Below, one piece after another: positions 18,661-28,875 of a stretch of 64,000 bases of DNA. The notes under the pieces were generated by a model, which had not been told where the DNA came from, ran no database searches, and worked only from the letters and a program-made list of their open reading frames with translations. The DNA comes from an uncultured Spirochaetota bacterium (lineage in GTDB: Bacteria; Spirochaetota; Brevinematia; Brevinematales; JAOACQ01), in NCBI GenBank assembly GCA_963768055.1, contig CAVYGN010000002.1:544001-608000 (forward strand), in the 5' to 3' direction. The translations under genes were made by a program, and so were the position numbers. The first letter of the stretch is position 1. Each line of letters starts with the position of its first letter.

Positions 18661-21125
18661 TTATGTGCCCTTCCAGGGACAGTCATACTGTTTATCAGGT
18701 CATTGTAATTGTTGCCTATGAATACAGTTCCCTTGTAGATAGCCACTATTTTAACAAGCTGTGGCATGCTCATTTGTTCCGATTCCAGGAATATCGGTTC
18801 AACATAAAGTATGTCCATTCCTAATGGAATAAATTTAATATTACCCCGGAAAACCTTTGAACCCTTCTGGCTCCAAAGGGTAAAAAAACTGGACATCCTG
18901 TCATCCTGGTTTATTTTTGTCTCGATCTGCATAGGACCGTAAGCTGCAGTGGATTCATCCGGATAATAAAGAGAAACGTTCATTCCCCTGGAATAATATG
19001 ACATCATCCAGCCCGAGATATTTTCCCTGCCCCTCGGTGTAAATGGTTCAATAATTGAAAAATGCATGGTATAATTTGAAGAATTTATATCCTTATCTGT
19101 TTTAAAGTCGCTTAGCATATAATAAGGATCAAAATTAGTGATATGATCGCCGTAAATATGCTTGGGTATTTCCCAGACATTGTCTCCATTATAGAAGCTA
19201 TCCTCGTTATCGGTATGATAACGGCACATTACCCTTGCCTGAAGCTGGAAAAGGGAATGGGGATAGCGGAAATGTGATTCCAGTTCACCGGGTATTTCCG
19301 TCCTGAACAATCCCGGAAATATCGATTTAAAAGATAATGCGATCGGGTCTTTGTCATCGACCAGATAATATGTTATATCGCCGGAATAAGCGTCAACGGT
19401 AACCTTCACAGAATTCCGTATATAGTTGATCTTCCCGTAAGGTGTATCGAATTTTTCAGCCAGAGGGAACCTGTCTGTAACGGTATATGCGTCGATAATC
19501 CAGACAAGCCTTCCGTTTAATATAACCGGATAAGGATCGGTATCGTATTTGAGAAAAGGAAAAGCCGTTTTTAAACGTTCAATGATGTTATTATGGAATA
19601 TGATCCTGGAATCTTTCGTGAGATAACTTGAAAGCAATATATTCTTCTCTTTTAAGGTAATGCTGAAAAGTATTTTTGAAAACAAATCCCCGACCGGCAC
19701 CCCTCGTTCGAGCGAATAACGGTTGGTGATCCTGTTAGTTTCAGTTGTGTATTCGAATTCGTCCGCTTTGGTATTGACTATAATATACTGTGAAGTAAGT
19801 TCGCCGAAATAAATCTGCGGGACATCCAGTTCCAGGTTCGAGTATAAAGCCGGCCTGTCAATACCCCCGACCCAGAAAACAGGGCTTCCGTCGTTGTCGA
19901 CAAGCTGGGATGGAGAAACAACGACGCCATGTCCATGGGTATATCTCAGATGTATGTTATCCCAATTAAGCGCTTCAGAAGGAAGATTTGAAATATTAAG
20001 TTCCCTCACTGCAATAAGGACCTGAACAAGATTTGAACCCGGCGGATGCAACGGTATCGGATAAGCGTCTACATCAACATCCGCAAAATCGAAATAAGTT
20101 TTAAGAGACTGGATCTGGTCGACGACTTTTTTATAGGGGTCGCTGTCCCATATACGGAGCGAATTAACGGCTGTCTCAAGGCCTTTCTCCGTGTTATCCA
20201 AATTCGGGTAATAAACCTTTGTAAAGATCAACCCGAAAGAAGTCCTTGTAGAGTCAATACGGTATTTCACAAAAGACCTTTGCAGCATCAGCTCATTCGG
20301 TTTTACAAAATAATTTTCCATAATAACCGGATAAAGACCTGTCAGGCCGAAATAAAGAATAACAAGAACCGCCGTGCAGGCTAATAGCTCGACCGGACGA
20401 AGGCCCTTAAACGACCTGATGATGATAAATAATACCGTCAGGATGACTATTATCCCCCATATTGCCGATCCCAGGATCAGGGCATAAAATTCTGAATAAC
20501 CGATGCCAAGCTTCAGGTTGGGCTGGCTGATGAGAAATTCCATTGTATTAAGGCTGTAGAGTGAAATCCATAAAATAATGTTTAAAAAAAATAGGCCCGC
20601 CCTAGAAAATTGAAACCTGAAAGAACCCTCCATGAAAAATTCTCTACCGTTTCTATAAAGAATTATATCGAATAATAAAGTGAAGGTAATAATTATATTG
20701 ACTATAAATAAAACAGACCTTAATAAGGGCAGAACCGCTATGTAAAAATAAGCGTCCAGATGGAAAAATGGATCCGTGTAATCGTTCATCTTCAAGAACG
20801 GATCTATCATCAAAAGCTTCCAGTTAATGAGCCCGTAAATACCGCATAATACCGCCAGGGTTATTATAGATATGTTAAGAAGAATATTATTTTTTAAATT
20901 TCTGAAAAAATAAAACCAGAAAAAGCAATAAATAAGCGATAAAATTAACGGGCAAAGCATGGCAACTGTTTTAAGAATAAAGACGCCGGAAAATACTCCG
21001 GCGAAACCGGTATTCTTAAGCCAGAGCCAATTGACCAACCCTTGAAATATAAAAAGCCAGCAGGCAATAAAAATTACAACAAAAATAATTATTATAAGGA
21101 AAAGATAAAATAATAATCTTTTCAT
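18657..21125 (-). CDS. UPF0182 family membrane protein
   Basis: N-terminal TM region; VKPNEL, DVDVDAY, HLRYTHGHG, PQIYFGE, NYIRNSVK, HFRYP. Confidence 0.9.
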   Translation of the reverse strand: MKRLLFYLFLIIIIFVVIFIACWLFIFQGLVNWLWLKNTGFAGVFSGVFILKTVAMLCPLILSLIYCFFWFYFFRNLKNNILLNISIITLAVLCGIYGLINWKLLMIDPFLKMNDYTDPFFHLDAYFYIAVLPLLRSVLFIVNIIITFTLLFDIILYRNGREFFMEGSFRFQFSRAGLFFLNIILWISLYSLNTMEFLISQPNLKLGIGYSEFYALILGSAIWGIIVILTVLFIIIRSFKGLRPVELLACTAVLVILYFGLTGLYPVIMENYFVKPNELMLQRSFVKYRIDSTRTSFGLIFTKVYYPNLDNTEKGLETAVNSLRIWDSDPYKKVVDQIQSLKTYFDFADVDVDAYPIPLHPPGSNLVQVLIAVRELNISNLPSEALNWDNIHLRYTHGHGVVVSPSQLVDNDGSPVFWVGGIDRPALYSNLELDVPQIYFGELTSQYIIVNTKADEFEYTTETNRITNRYSLERGVPVGDLFSKILFSITLKEKNILLSSYLTKDSRIIFHNNIIERLKTAFPFLKYDTDPYPVILNGRLVWIIDAYTVTDRFPLAEKFDTPYGKINYIRNSVKVTVDAYSGDITYYLVDDKDPIALSFKSIFPGLFRTEIPGELESHFRYPHSLFQLQARVMCRYHTDNEDSFYNGDNVWEIPKHIYGDHITNFDPYYMLSDFKTDKDINSSNYTMHFSIIEPFTPRGRENISGWMMSYYSRGMNVSLYYPDESTAAYGPMQIETKINQDDRMSSFFTLWSQKGSKVFRGNIKFIPLGMDILYVEPIFLESEQMSMPQLVKIVAIYKGTVFIGNNYNDLINSMTVPGRAHK

Positions 21126-21727
21126 TACAGGCTCTCATTCAGGCGATCTTTTGAGATCTCTATCAGAATTTTCTCAGATACGACCGCATCCATCGGATAG
21201 TCGCTGGCGGTATGAGGCAGTTCATCCAAGATCTGAAAATCATAACATACCCCGATGGTTTTTTTTATCCTTGCCTCTTTCAGGAACCTGTCAAAATAAC
21301 TTTTACCGTAACCGATCCTGCTGCCGTCTTTTCCGAATGCAATACCGGGAATAAGAGCAAGGTCTATCTCGTCATTGAAAGGTCTTGTATCCGGCTCAGG
21401 GATGTTGTAAGCCCCGGGCCTGAAATCAAAAAAAAGGTCGTCTATTATATAAGGTGTTATTGATTTATAAGCTATTAACTTTGGGAACAGCACCTTTTTT
21501 TTATCCAGATACAAATCCCTGGCCAGGGGGATCAGGTCCACCTCGTTATTAATAGGAACATACAGCAGGACTGAATCAATTTTGTCGCTAATGATCATTT
21601 TAAGCCTATTTATGATCCTTCCCGACATTATTTCCGCCTCCTGTTTTTTCAGCGCTCTTCTCATTTCAAGATATTTTTTCCTGATGTCCTTTTTCTTATC
21701 AAAAATCGCATCTAAAGAAATGCTCAC
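21125..21727 (-). CDS. 5-formyltetrahydrofolate cyclo-ligase
   Basis: NIPEP, LIPGIAF...G.RIGYGKSYFDRFL. Confidence 0.92.
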   Translation of the reverse strand: MSISLDAIFDKKKDIRKKYLEMRRALKKQEAEIMSGRIINRLKMIISDKIDSVLLYVPINNEVDLIPLARDLYLDKKKVLFPKLIAYKSITPYIIDDLFFDFRPGAYNIPEPDTRPFNDEIDLALIPGIAFGKDGSRIGYGKSYFDRFLKEARIKKTIGVCYDFQILDELPHTASDYPMDAVVSEKILIEISKDRLNESL

Positions 21728-22410
21728 TAATTACTCCCTTTATTAGTATCCTTAGTTTCGAGGGGGGTCTTTTCAATCTCCTTTATAGCGTCGTTTATAT
21801 AACCACGCATATTCTGGGGGGCGTTGTTGATCATAGTAAGAAGAATCGAAACGGAAGTTCTCGATTTATGTGCGGCTATTGAATCGACCAGAGCTTTTAC
21901 CACCCTTGCATCGGAATAATTATTCACTACCACGCAAAATTGGTGAAGGTATAGAAGAGCCGTATCGGATGTCGAAATGTCGCCCAGGGCCTGTAAAATG
22001 CATACAAGACTCACATTGTCGGCAGTCTCTTTAAGCAGCTTTGACAGGGTGACCGCGTCGGCATTATCCCCGATCTTTCCAAGTACCAGAACCCCCATAT
22101 CGAACAGATATTTGAAATCCGCCCTCTGTTCTGTCTTGCCCTGGTTAGCGACAGGATCCGATTCGGCAACTATTTCCTCCACCCTCTTCTTGGCTGCCGT
22201 TATTTTAAGCATTCCGATCCTTTTCAAAGCTGAAAACTCTACATCCAGTTCTTTATCATAAAGACTGGAGATAAGCATATTGCCGTCTTTGATTTCCGCG
22301 AAGTCCGCATCGTATTTGCTCTTATAGGGGTATTCAGTAATATCATAAGAATAGCCCTTAATAACAAAAAACAAAAGGATTATAACGACCAGTTTCCACA
22401 TTTTAAACAT
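21727..22410 (-). CDS. Exported HEAT-repeat protein
   Basis: Signal peptide; ALKRIG, VLGKIG, QALGDI repeats. Confidence 0.65.
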   Translation of the reverse strand: MFKMWKLVVIILLFFVIKGYSYDITEYPYKSKYDADFAEIKDGNMLISSLYDKELDVEFSALKRIGMLKITAAKKRVEEIVAESDPVANQGKTEQRADFKYLFDMGVLVLGKIGDNADAVTLSKLLKETADNVSLVCILQALGDISTSDTALLYLHQFCVVVNNYSDARVVKALVDSIAAHKSRTSVSILLTMINNAPQNMRGYINDAIKEIEKTPLETKDTNKGSN

Positions 22411-22458
22411 CAAATTCCTCCCCGAATTAAATATATCTTTTTTATAAAATCATAGTCA

Positions 22459-24201
22459 TTAACCATTAAATTGGTCCAGGTCAAGATGGAGATATAAATT
22501 TTTCTCTAATATCAATCCTAAAGGGCTTAAATCTCCATCTGTAAGGAGAAAATGGGAGGCGCAGGTGAAATAATACGCATCTTCAATTATCTCCAAGGGT
22601 TTTTTCCCGTCAGCGTACCTTGATCCGTCAAGCTTTTTGTCAAATTCCAGCGGTATATCAGGATTAATAATGATCTTCCCTCCGCGCTGATAATCGCATA
22701 TCAGATATAGAAGTTTCTTGGAGAATTCTTCAAAAAATTCCTTCGCTTCTTTACGCATTGATCTTGAAATCTGGCTTCTCTGGAGAGAATATTGGTTTGA
22801 CCGCGAAGTTCTCTCCTGAAAGCTTACAAAGGCATCGCTTTCCATTTTTTTAATTTCCTTAATAATTTTCAGATACTCGTTCACTCTTTCAAGAATATTG
22901 TTGAGTTTATAATAAGAATCCAGGAGATCCCTCTTCATATCGCTTCTCTTTCCATCGACAAAAGTTATATTAAGTCCGATCTTGTTGGAATTGAATAACA
23001 ATGAAAATTCCTTATCAAAAAAATCGATCAGGCAAAGCGTTATAAACACTCTATCCCTAAGCTGGAAAAGTGACCTGATATCATGCTGTTCGCTGAAAGA
23101 ATTTAATATCGTCCTGAGCTTAATATTATTTTCAATTATTTGCAGACCTTTTTTGATAGGGTCGTTTTCTTCCATACTAATTTGTCCGGAACTTATGTCT
23201 GCCGGGCCTTTATCCTCAGTAAATTGATTTTCCTCATTTTCCTTCTTATCTTTTCTGGCGGTTGCCGCAATTTCAGATTTCCATTTATTTGTATAATAAC
23301 CGATAACATCTTCTTCATTAAATTTAAGGTAATCCTTAAAATTTAAAATCGCTTCAATTGAATCTTTCTTATAATACCAGTCAATCAGCATAAATAGTTT
23401 CGGGTATATCTTCAGAAAGATAAAATCCACATTTGAATAAAGTTTTTTTAAATTATCATAGGAAATTGCCGGATCCAGACCGCGGATATTTTTTTCAGCA
23501 ATAAGGGCTTTTTCAATCGCACTCTTTAAATAAGCATGGTAGGGCTGAATAACCAGAATGGATTTAAATATCTGGAGCAGGATACTCTTTATATCCCTGA
23601 CCAGGTGCTGAGAATTTCTTAAAACACCTAACTGGTCGAATAATTCAGGATTGTAGAGATTATCGTAACGGTAGATCAATTCATAATTATAAGGGAAAAC
23701 ACTGTCAAGGAATGATGATTTCTTGATTTCGTTTGCTACTAATTTATCCTGGTAAAGTACGGAAGCCAGGATCATCCTCGAATTCAGAAGTACATTTTGA
23801 AATTGGTAGATGATAAGTTCCCTGAAAGAACTTTTGAAATGCTCACCGTTCAGCGACAGGATCCCGCTTATATAGCACCCAAGTTTCGCTGAAAATCTTT
23901 CGATCCACTTATTAATCGGATTGTCCTGAGGATCTATAGGATTAAATGCGGATTTCTTTAGTTCGCGGGGCTGATATTGCGTCTTTTCCCCGGTACCTGA
24001 TAAATTTAGATCCCTTTCTTTTTTTGCTTTTTCTTTCTTCAATTCTTCTTTTTTTTTCTGGGATTTTTTATCTTTCTTGTTAAAATCGACTACCTGTCCG
24101 CCTGCCTCGACAAATTTATTGAACATATCCTTCTTTATCTTTTCATCAAGAGAATCGAGTTTAAGTTTTTCCCTCATCTCATCGAGCTTATCTTTGCGCA
24201 T
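22459..24201 (-). CDS. Hypothetical helical protein
   Basis: Long ORF of about 580 aa within an operon; no motif recognised. Confidence 0.7.
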   Translation of the reverse strand: MRKDKLDEMREKLKLDSLDEKIKKDMFNKFVEAGGQVVDFNKKDKKSQKKKEELKKEKAKKERDLNLSGTGEKTQYQPRELKKSAFNPIDPQDNPINKWIERFSAKLGCYISGILSLNGEHFKSSFRELIIYQFQNVLLNSRMILASVLYQDKLVANEIKKSSFLDSVFPYNYELIYRYDNLYNPELFDQLGVLRNSQHLVRDIKSILLQIFKSILVIQPYHAYLKSAIEKALIAEKNIRGLDPAISYDNLKKLYSNVDFIFLKIYPKLFMLIDWYYKKDSIEAILNFKDYLKFNEEDVIGYYTNKWKSEIAATARKDKKENEENQFTEDKGPADISSGQISMEENDPIKKGLQIIENNIKLRTILNSFSEQHDIRSLFQLRDRVFITLCLIDFFDKEFSLLFNSNKIGLNITFVDGKRSDMKRDLLDSYYKLNNILERVNEYLKIIKEIKKMESDAFVSFQERTSRSNQYSLQRSQISRSMRKEAKEFFEEFSKKLLYLICDYQRGGKIIINPDIPLEFDKKLDGSRYADGKKPLEIIEDAYYFTCASHFLLTDGDLSPLGLILEKNLYLHLDLDQFNG

Positions 24202-24847
24202 AGAAATCTCCAAACCACTCAAAAAGGGATTTTCCCGAATTATCGTAAATCTCTTTGTAACCGGCAGTATCTATATTAAAATCATAGTTGTCGTATGCAG
24301 TCACATCAAAAATAAGAGTATCTCCATCCATTAGGCATTTGATCCTCTCAGGTTTACCGTCCTCAAATCTTTTCTCTATTTCTATTTTAATGTTTCGATT
24401 GAAATATGTAAATATTATTTGTTTAATATAAGGGCCGTCCATAAGTATTTCCCTGACCCCGGGATCCTTGTTTATATCGTATTTATTCAGGACTATCACG
24501 GTGTAAAGATAATGGGTCATCAGAATTGAAAAAACGTTGTCATTTTTTTCATATACTAACTTTTCATCCGGAACGATCACTGAATTTCTGCCGCTGGAAT
24601 CCGAAAGGAAATCGAATATATGCCTGTTTAAAACATTGTCGAAAATCCTTAATTTAAGTATTCGGTCCCTTTTTAGTACCGCATCTCCGCTCCCGTTCAG
24701 GTCATGGCTCGAATTTTTCAAAAATAAAAAAAAATTAAAATACACAAGATCTGCTGAATTGTTCCTGATAAGGTCACCTCTCGTAGCGCAGGAATTGAAA
24801 TTTGAAAGAAGAACAATCAATAAAATAAATGCCGCAGCTTTTTTCAT
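24188..24847 (-). CDS. Hypothetical lipoprotein
   Basis: MKK, hydrophobic stretch, then FNSC lipobox-like motif. Confidence 0.6.
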   Translation of the reverse strand: MKKAAAFILLIVLLSNFNSCATRGDLIRNNSADLVYFNFFLFLKNSSHDLNGSGDAVLKRDRILKLRIFDNVLNRHIFDFLSDSSGRNSVIVPDEKLVYEKNDNVFSILMTHYLYTVIVLNKYDINKDPGVREILMDGPYIKQIIFTYFNRNIKIEIEKRFEDGKPERIKCLMDGDTLIFDVTAYDNYDFNIDTAGYKEIYDNSGKSLFEWFGDFYAQR

Positions 24848-24850
24848 ATC

Positions 24851-26167
24851 TTATCCGGTTATCGAGGCTTTCCTGAACATGATATGCGGAGCATAAAGAG
24901 AACCTTTTTTATAAGTCCTGGATTCAATAGAATCGATTGATTTCAGAAGATCGTAAACATTGCCCGTCAGCATGGTATCCTTGACCCGTCCCTTTACCCG
25001 GCCGTTCTCTACAAGATAGCCTAATTCTACATTTACTGAAAAATCCCCGGCCAGCATGTTTGACATTCCGCTTCCAAGAAATTCACAGACATAAAGGCCG
25101 TATTTCATCGAACCGATCATCTCGTCAAAACTGGAATCGCCTGTCCCGATAATAAGGTTGGAAAATGAGGGAGAAGGCATTGAAGCGGTGCTTCTCGAGC
25201 CATGTCCTGTGCTTTTGCCGTTCAATCTTTTTGCTGTCGTAAGATCGTAAATAAAATTTTTAAATATACCATCTTCGATTATGGGAAGCTTATCGGGTAT
25301 AACCCCTTCGTCGTCAAAAGGATAGCTCCCCAATCCATTTTCAAGCACCGGGTTATCGATCAGGGTAAATGCAGGGGCCGCTATAGCCTTTCCAAGTTTA
25401 TCAGAAAGAACTGAAATTCCCTTATAAAGGGTCTTGGCATTTGCAGCAATTTCTATGGACTCCAATAACAGACTCAGGGCTTCGGGGCTGAATATAACGG
25501 GAAAATACCCCGTATTCATCGAAACCTTGTTCAAAGCGTTCTTGTAACGCCACTCTATCGTTGAGCAAATATTCTCAATGTTTACATCATCCGAGTATGA
25601 AGCATCTCCATCATCGACTGATAAGAGTCCTCCAGCTTCATCGACAAGAAGCATCCCGGCGGATACGCTAAAATAAGTAACATCGTAGCAACCACAGAAT
25701 CCGTTAGTATTCGAAAGATAATGACGTGAATATGAAGTTGAAACACCGGCGTTAATTTTAGCTTCTTTATCAACGTCTTTAAGCCTTTTTATTATTTCTT
25801 CGCCGATAAATATGGCGTTTTCCTCCCTGTAGTTCTTAACGCCTGGGAAAAACATATGCATCGGAACGTTATCGCCGGCCCCAGGCAGTTCGAAATCTAC
25901 AGCATCGCCAAGGTTTGAACTGTCCATGGCATTTTTTATTAAAATGTCTTTATCTTCGAGGGAGTTTATGTGCGAATTTCCGACCCTCCCGCCTTCGAAT
26001 ACACGGAGTCCGATACTGAATCGGCTTATGTCTTCTATTGATTTTAACTGATCCATTTCAAAGTCTACCGGCCTGGATTCCGAATAGACAGAAATTATAT
26101 CGCCCTTGCGTATTGATGAACATATTTCCTTAATCGTCCTTTCCATATCCGAAAAGACCATTTTCAA
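24851..26167 (-). CDS. TldD/PmbA family protein (PmbA-like)
   Basis: IGLRVF, PFDDEG, STGHG, GDFS...G..VENG. Confidence 0.9.
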   Translation of the reverse strand: MKMVFSDMERTIKEICSSIRKGDIISVYSESRPVDFEMDQLKSIEDISRFSIGLRVFEGGRVGNSHINSLEDKDILIKNAMDSSNLGDAVDFELPGAGDNVPMHMFFPGVKNYREENAIFIGEEIIKRLKDVDKEAKINAGVSTSYSRHYLSNTNGFCGCYDVTYFSVSAGMLLVDEAGGLLSVDDGDASYSDDVNIENICSTIEWRYKNALNKVSMNTGYFPVIFSPEALSLLLESIEIAANAKTLYKGISVLSDKLGKAIAAPAFTLIDNPVLENGLGSYPFDDEGVIPDKLPIIEDGIFKNFIYDLTTAKRLNGKSTGHGSRSTASMPSPSFSNLIIGTGDSSFDEMIGSMKYGLYVCEFLGSGMSNMLAGDFSVNVELGYLVENGRVKGRVKDTMLTGNVYDLLKSIDSIESRTYKKGSLYAPHIMFRKASITG

Positions 26168-26286
26168 TACCTCTTTTCTTCAGGACATGTGCACCGGGGC
26201 TTCCGTTATTAGTGGCGCCATAAGATATTAAAAAACAATCTCACGAATGTCAAGGAATACAGGGAAGAAGGGATTAATCAGAAAAT

Positions 26287-26736
26287 TTACTGCATCCCCA
26301 GTTCTTTCAATTTAGAATTCGCCTCATCCTTGACCGATTGCGGGGAAGTAGGTTCATTAATAACATCCTTGAGTCTCGTCTGGGCCTTATCCCTGGCGTC
26401 GTTGATAAGGAATGTAATATCATCCGTAGTCATGCCGGATTTTACAACCTTGTCCCTGTCGGTCCGGATAAACTTTATCAATAACATGTAAGCTTCGGCG
26501 GTATTCAATTTCGAACTTGAAGTTGAGTTGGCCTTTTCTGCGTCTAAAGCGCTTTTAAGAACTGACATAACATTTTCAAACGAGGTATCTTTCATTTTAT
26601 CCGGATTGGAATTTGTAATGACCTCGGGTTTTACTGCCGGTTTTACTTCCTGTTTTGCAGCAGAGGTCCCTGCACAGGACGCCGTTAAACCGATCGCCGC
26701 ACATGCGGATATAATAAAAATCATAATCCTCTTCAT
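26287..26736 (-). CDS. Hypothetical lipoprotein
   Basis: LTASC lipobox-like motif; GGAGG RBS. Confidence 0.65.
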   Translation of the reverse strand: MKRIMIFIISACAAIGLTASCAGTSAAKQEVKPAVKPEVITNSNPDKMKDTSFENVMSVLKSALDAEKANSTSSSKLNTAEAYMLLIKFIRTDRDKVVKSGMTTDDITFLINDARDKAQTRLKDVINEPTSPQSVKDEANSKLKELGMQ

Positions 26737-26764
26737 AATCTTACCTCCCGGATTTTTTCTTAAA

Positions 26765-27187
26765 TTACCATTTAATTGCCCCGATAGCATGCCAGGCCTC
26801 TTTTACGGTCTGTTCCCTATGCTTTGACGAATTAAGGGCGATTTTCAAAAGGGCGGGAAAGCCCTTTTTGCTGCCGCTTTTTTCCAATAATATTTCCAGA
26901 TTCTCCGCTATTACGTCGTCATAATACATTACCTGGTCGTTTTCTGCAAATTGATCATTATCATAAAAATGATCCAGCAGATCAACCATCATATCGATAA
27001 CCGAATCGTTAGTGTAATTGTCCCTGAAAACTTTCAGCATTTTTTCCTTTTCTTCATAATTGCCTTTTTTCGAAAAGGTAAGGTAAGCCCTTTTATAATT
27101 TTCTTCGGGCGTCGCATTATCAACGGCCTGCTGGGCGAAACATAATGAACAGCTAAAAACCATCGATAATACAAGGATTATTTTCAT
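26765..27187 (-). CDS. Exported helical (HEAT-like) protein
   Basis: Signal peptide; C-terminus paralogous to the neighbouring gene. Confidence 0.65.
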   Translation of the reverse strand: MKIILVLSMVFSCSLCFAQQAVDNATPEENYKRAYLTFSKKGNYEEKEKMLKVFRDNYTNDSVIDMMVDLLDHFYDNDQFAENDQVMYYDDVIAENLEILLEKSGSKKGFPALLKIALNSSKHREQTVKEAWHAIGAIKW

Positions 27188-27194
27188 GACTAAT

Positions 27195-27935
27195 TTACCA
27201 TTTGAGTTTTTTCATCGCTTCCCATGCGGCATTTATAGTCTCGTCCCTATGAGTTTCCGGGCTCATTACAGTCCGCAGAAGGACTGAAAAAGCCCTGGGG
27301 TCCCCAAGGTCTCCCAGGGTCTCTATTATAGCCTGGGCCACCTTGTCGTCTTCAAACCTCTTTTCATCCGCCTCTGTAAATTTACCCCTTGTTACGCCAT
27401 ATTGATTTTTCAGAAGATCAACCAATTTCGGTACAATCATTCCCGAATTGCCCAGCGAAGGAAGGATTTTAGCTGCAGCCACCCTGGTTTTTAAAGAGTT
27501 GTCCCTTTCAACGACATTAAGGAGTACTGGAATAAATAAAGAATTCGAACTTTCCCCTATAGCCTGGATAGCGACGACACGGGCATCCGGAGATACTATC
27601 GTCATTTTACTTGAAGTGTTGCCGCCTTTAATATCCCACTCCACTACGCTCTGAAGGAAACCGTATTTTTCTGACGGGACGTTTGTAATTCTTGCGGCAA
27701 GAAACACTATCTTGAACTGCATGTCAAAGCTTCCCTGTTTCCCGATTGTATCGCTAAATTCAGATTTAAGATACGGTATAACCGCATCAGGCAGTTTTAT
27801 ATCTTTCGGGATTTGATTGATAGGGACGTCCGGACTTAAGAACACTCCCAATTCCTCGGCGGTAGCGCCCATGGCCTGCCGGCTTAATCCAATTATTAAA
27901 AGAAAAGACGAAATCATCAAGATTTTCTTTTTCAT
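27195..27935 (-). CDS. Exported HEAT-repeat protein
   Basis: ARVVAIQAIG, TRVAAAKIL, ETLGDLGDPRA repeats. Confidence 0.75.
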   Translation of the reverse strand: MKKKILMISSFLLIIGLSRQAMGATAEELGVFLSPDVPINQIPKDIKLPDAVIPYLKSEFSDTIGKQGSFDMQFKIVFLAARITNVPSEKYGFLQSVVEWDIKGGNTSSKMTIVSPDARVVAIQAIGESSNSLFIPVLLNVVERDNSLKTRVAAAKILPSLGNSGMIVPKLVDLLKNQYGVTRGKFTEADEKRFEDDKVAQAIIETLGDLGDPRAFSVLLRTVMSPETHRDETINAAWEAMKKLKW

Positions 27936-28068
27936 ATATCACTCTCCTTAAAATACATTTCGATAATAAATGCCAACTGCAACTAAAGCTCATTTTAACT
28001 AAAAATTAATAAAAGTCAATAGATAAGGCAAATTTGAAATTGTTTTTGAATAGCGATTGAATGTGTTA

Positions 28069-28551
28069 TTATTCAACTCCGGCTTTTTTCAATATACCGA
28101 CTATGTCAGTAAACCCTTTTTCATTTGCATAAATTAAAGCCGTTTTTCTTTCCTTATTTTTAAGTTTTAAATCCGCTCCCGAGTAAACCAGGAGTTTTAC
28201 CGCTTCAGTCTGTCCTCTGGAGGCCGCCATCATCAGAGCGGTCTCCCCATAATTATTGTCCTGTGCATTTATATCGGCTTTAGCGCCGATCAGGAGCCTC
28301 ATTGCGTCAATCTGGCCGAAATAAGCCGCCAGCATTAAAGCCGTTACACCGTCCTTATTTTTCAAGTCGACATCGCATCCGGTTTTTATGTAGGAAGCAA
28401 TATAGGTTGTATCTCCGTTCACGGCTGCATCAAATATATTAACGCCGTATTTTTTTGAAGCCTTTGCATCCGGGCTGCAGCAGCTGAATAAGACAATTGA
28501 AATGAAAAATAAAACGATCATTACAACAGACCTTGATAAAGATTTCTTCAT
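28069..28551 (-). CDS. Ankyrin-repeat lipoprotein
   Basis: GVTALMLAA, GETALMMAA, KTALIYA; LFSCC lipobox-like motif. Confidence 0.9.
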   Translation of the reverse strand: MKKSLSRSVVMIVLFFISIVLFSCCSPDAKASKKYGVNIFDAAVNGDTTYIASYIKTGCDVDLKNKDGVTALMLAAYFGQIDAMRLLIGAKADINAQDNNYGETALMMAASRGQTEAVKLLVYSGADLKLKNKERKTALIYANEKGFTDIVGILKKAGVE

Positions 28552-28771
28552 AACCCTGGTCTTAATAAATTATTATAGAACGGTTCTTTTGAAACATTAT
28601 CGGATATTTTATCCGGATTTATAATAAAGGAATAGGTTGTCCATTTTTACAATATGAGAGGATCAGTGCCCGTCCTGCAATGGATTAAGGAGGGTTTATC
28701 CCTGTTAAGGGTAAGAATGCGGTAAAGTGGACACGTTTATAATGCCATGAAAAGAAAACCTGAAATTGCCA

Positions 28772-28800
28772 TTGACATGGTTATTTTGCGATTTTATAAT
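28772..28800 (+). promoter_or_regulatory. Consensus sigma70 promoter
   Basis: TTGACA-N17-TATAAT. Confidence 0.7.
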
Positions 28801-28875
28801 AAGAGAATCTATCAAAATAGAGAATACTGCGAGTCATTTGGGAAATATCGGTTAAATCATTATGGGGGTAATTAA

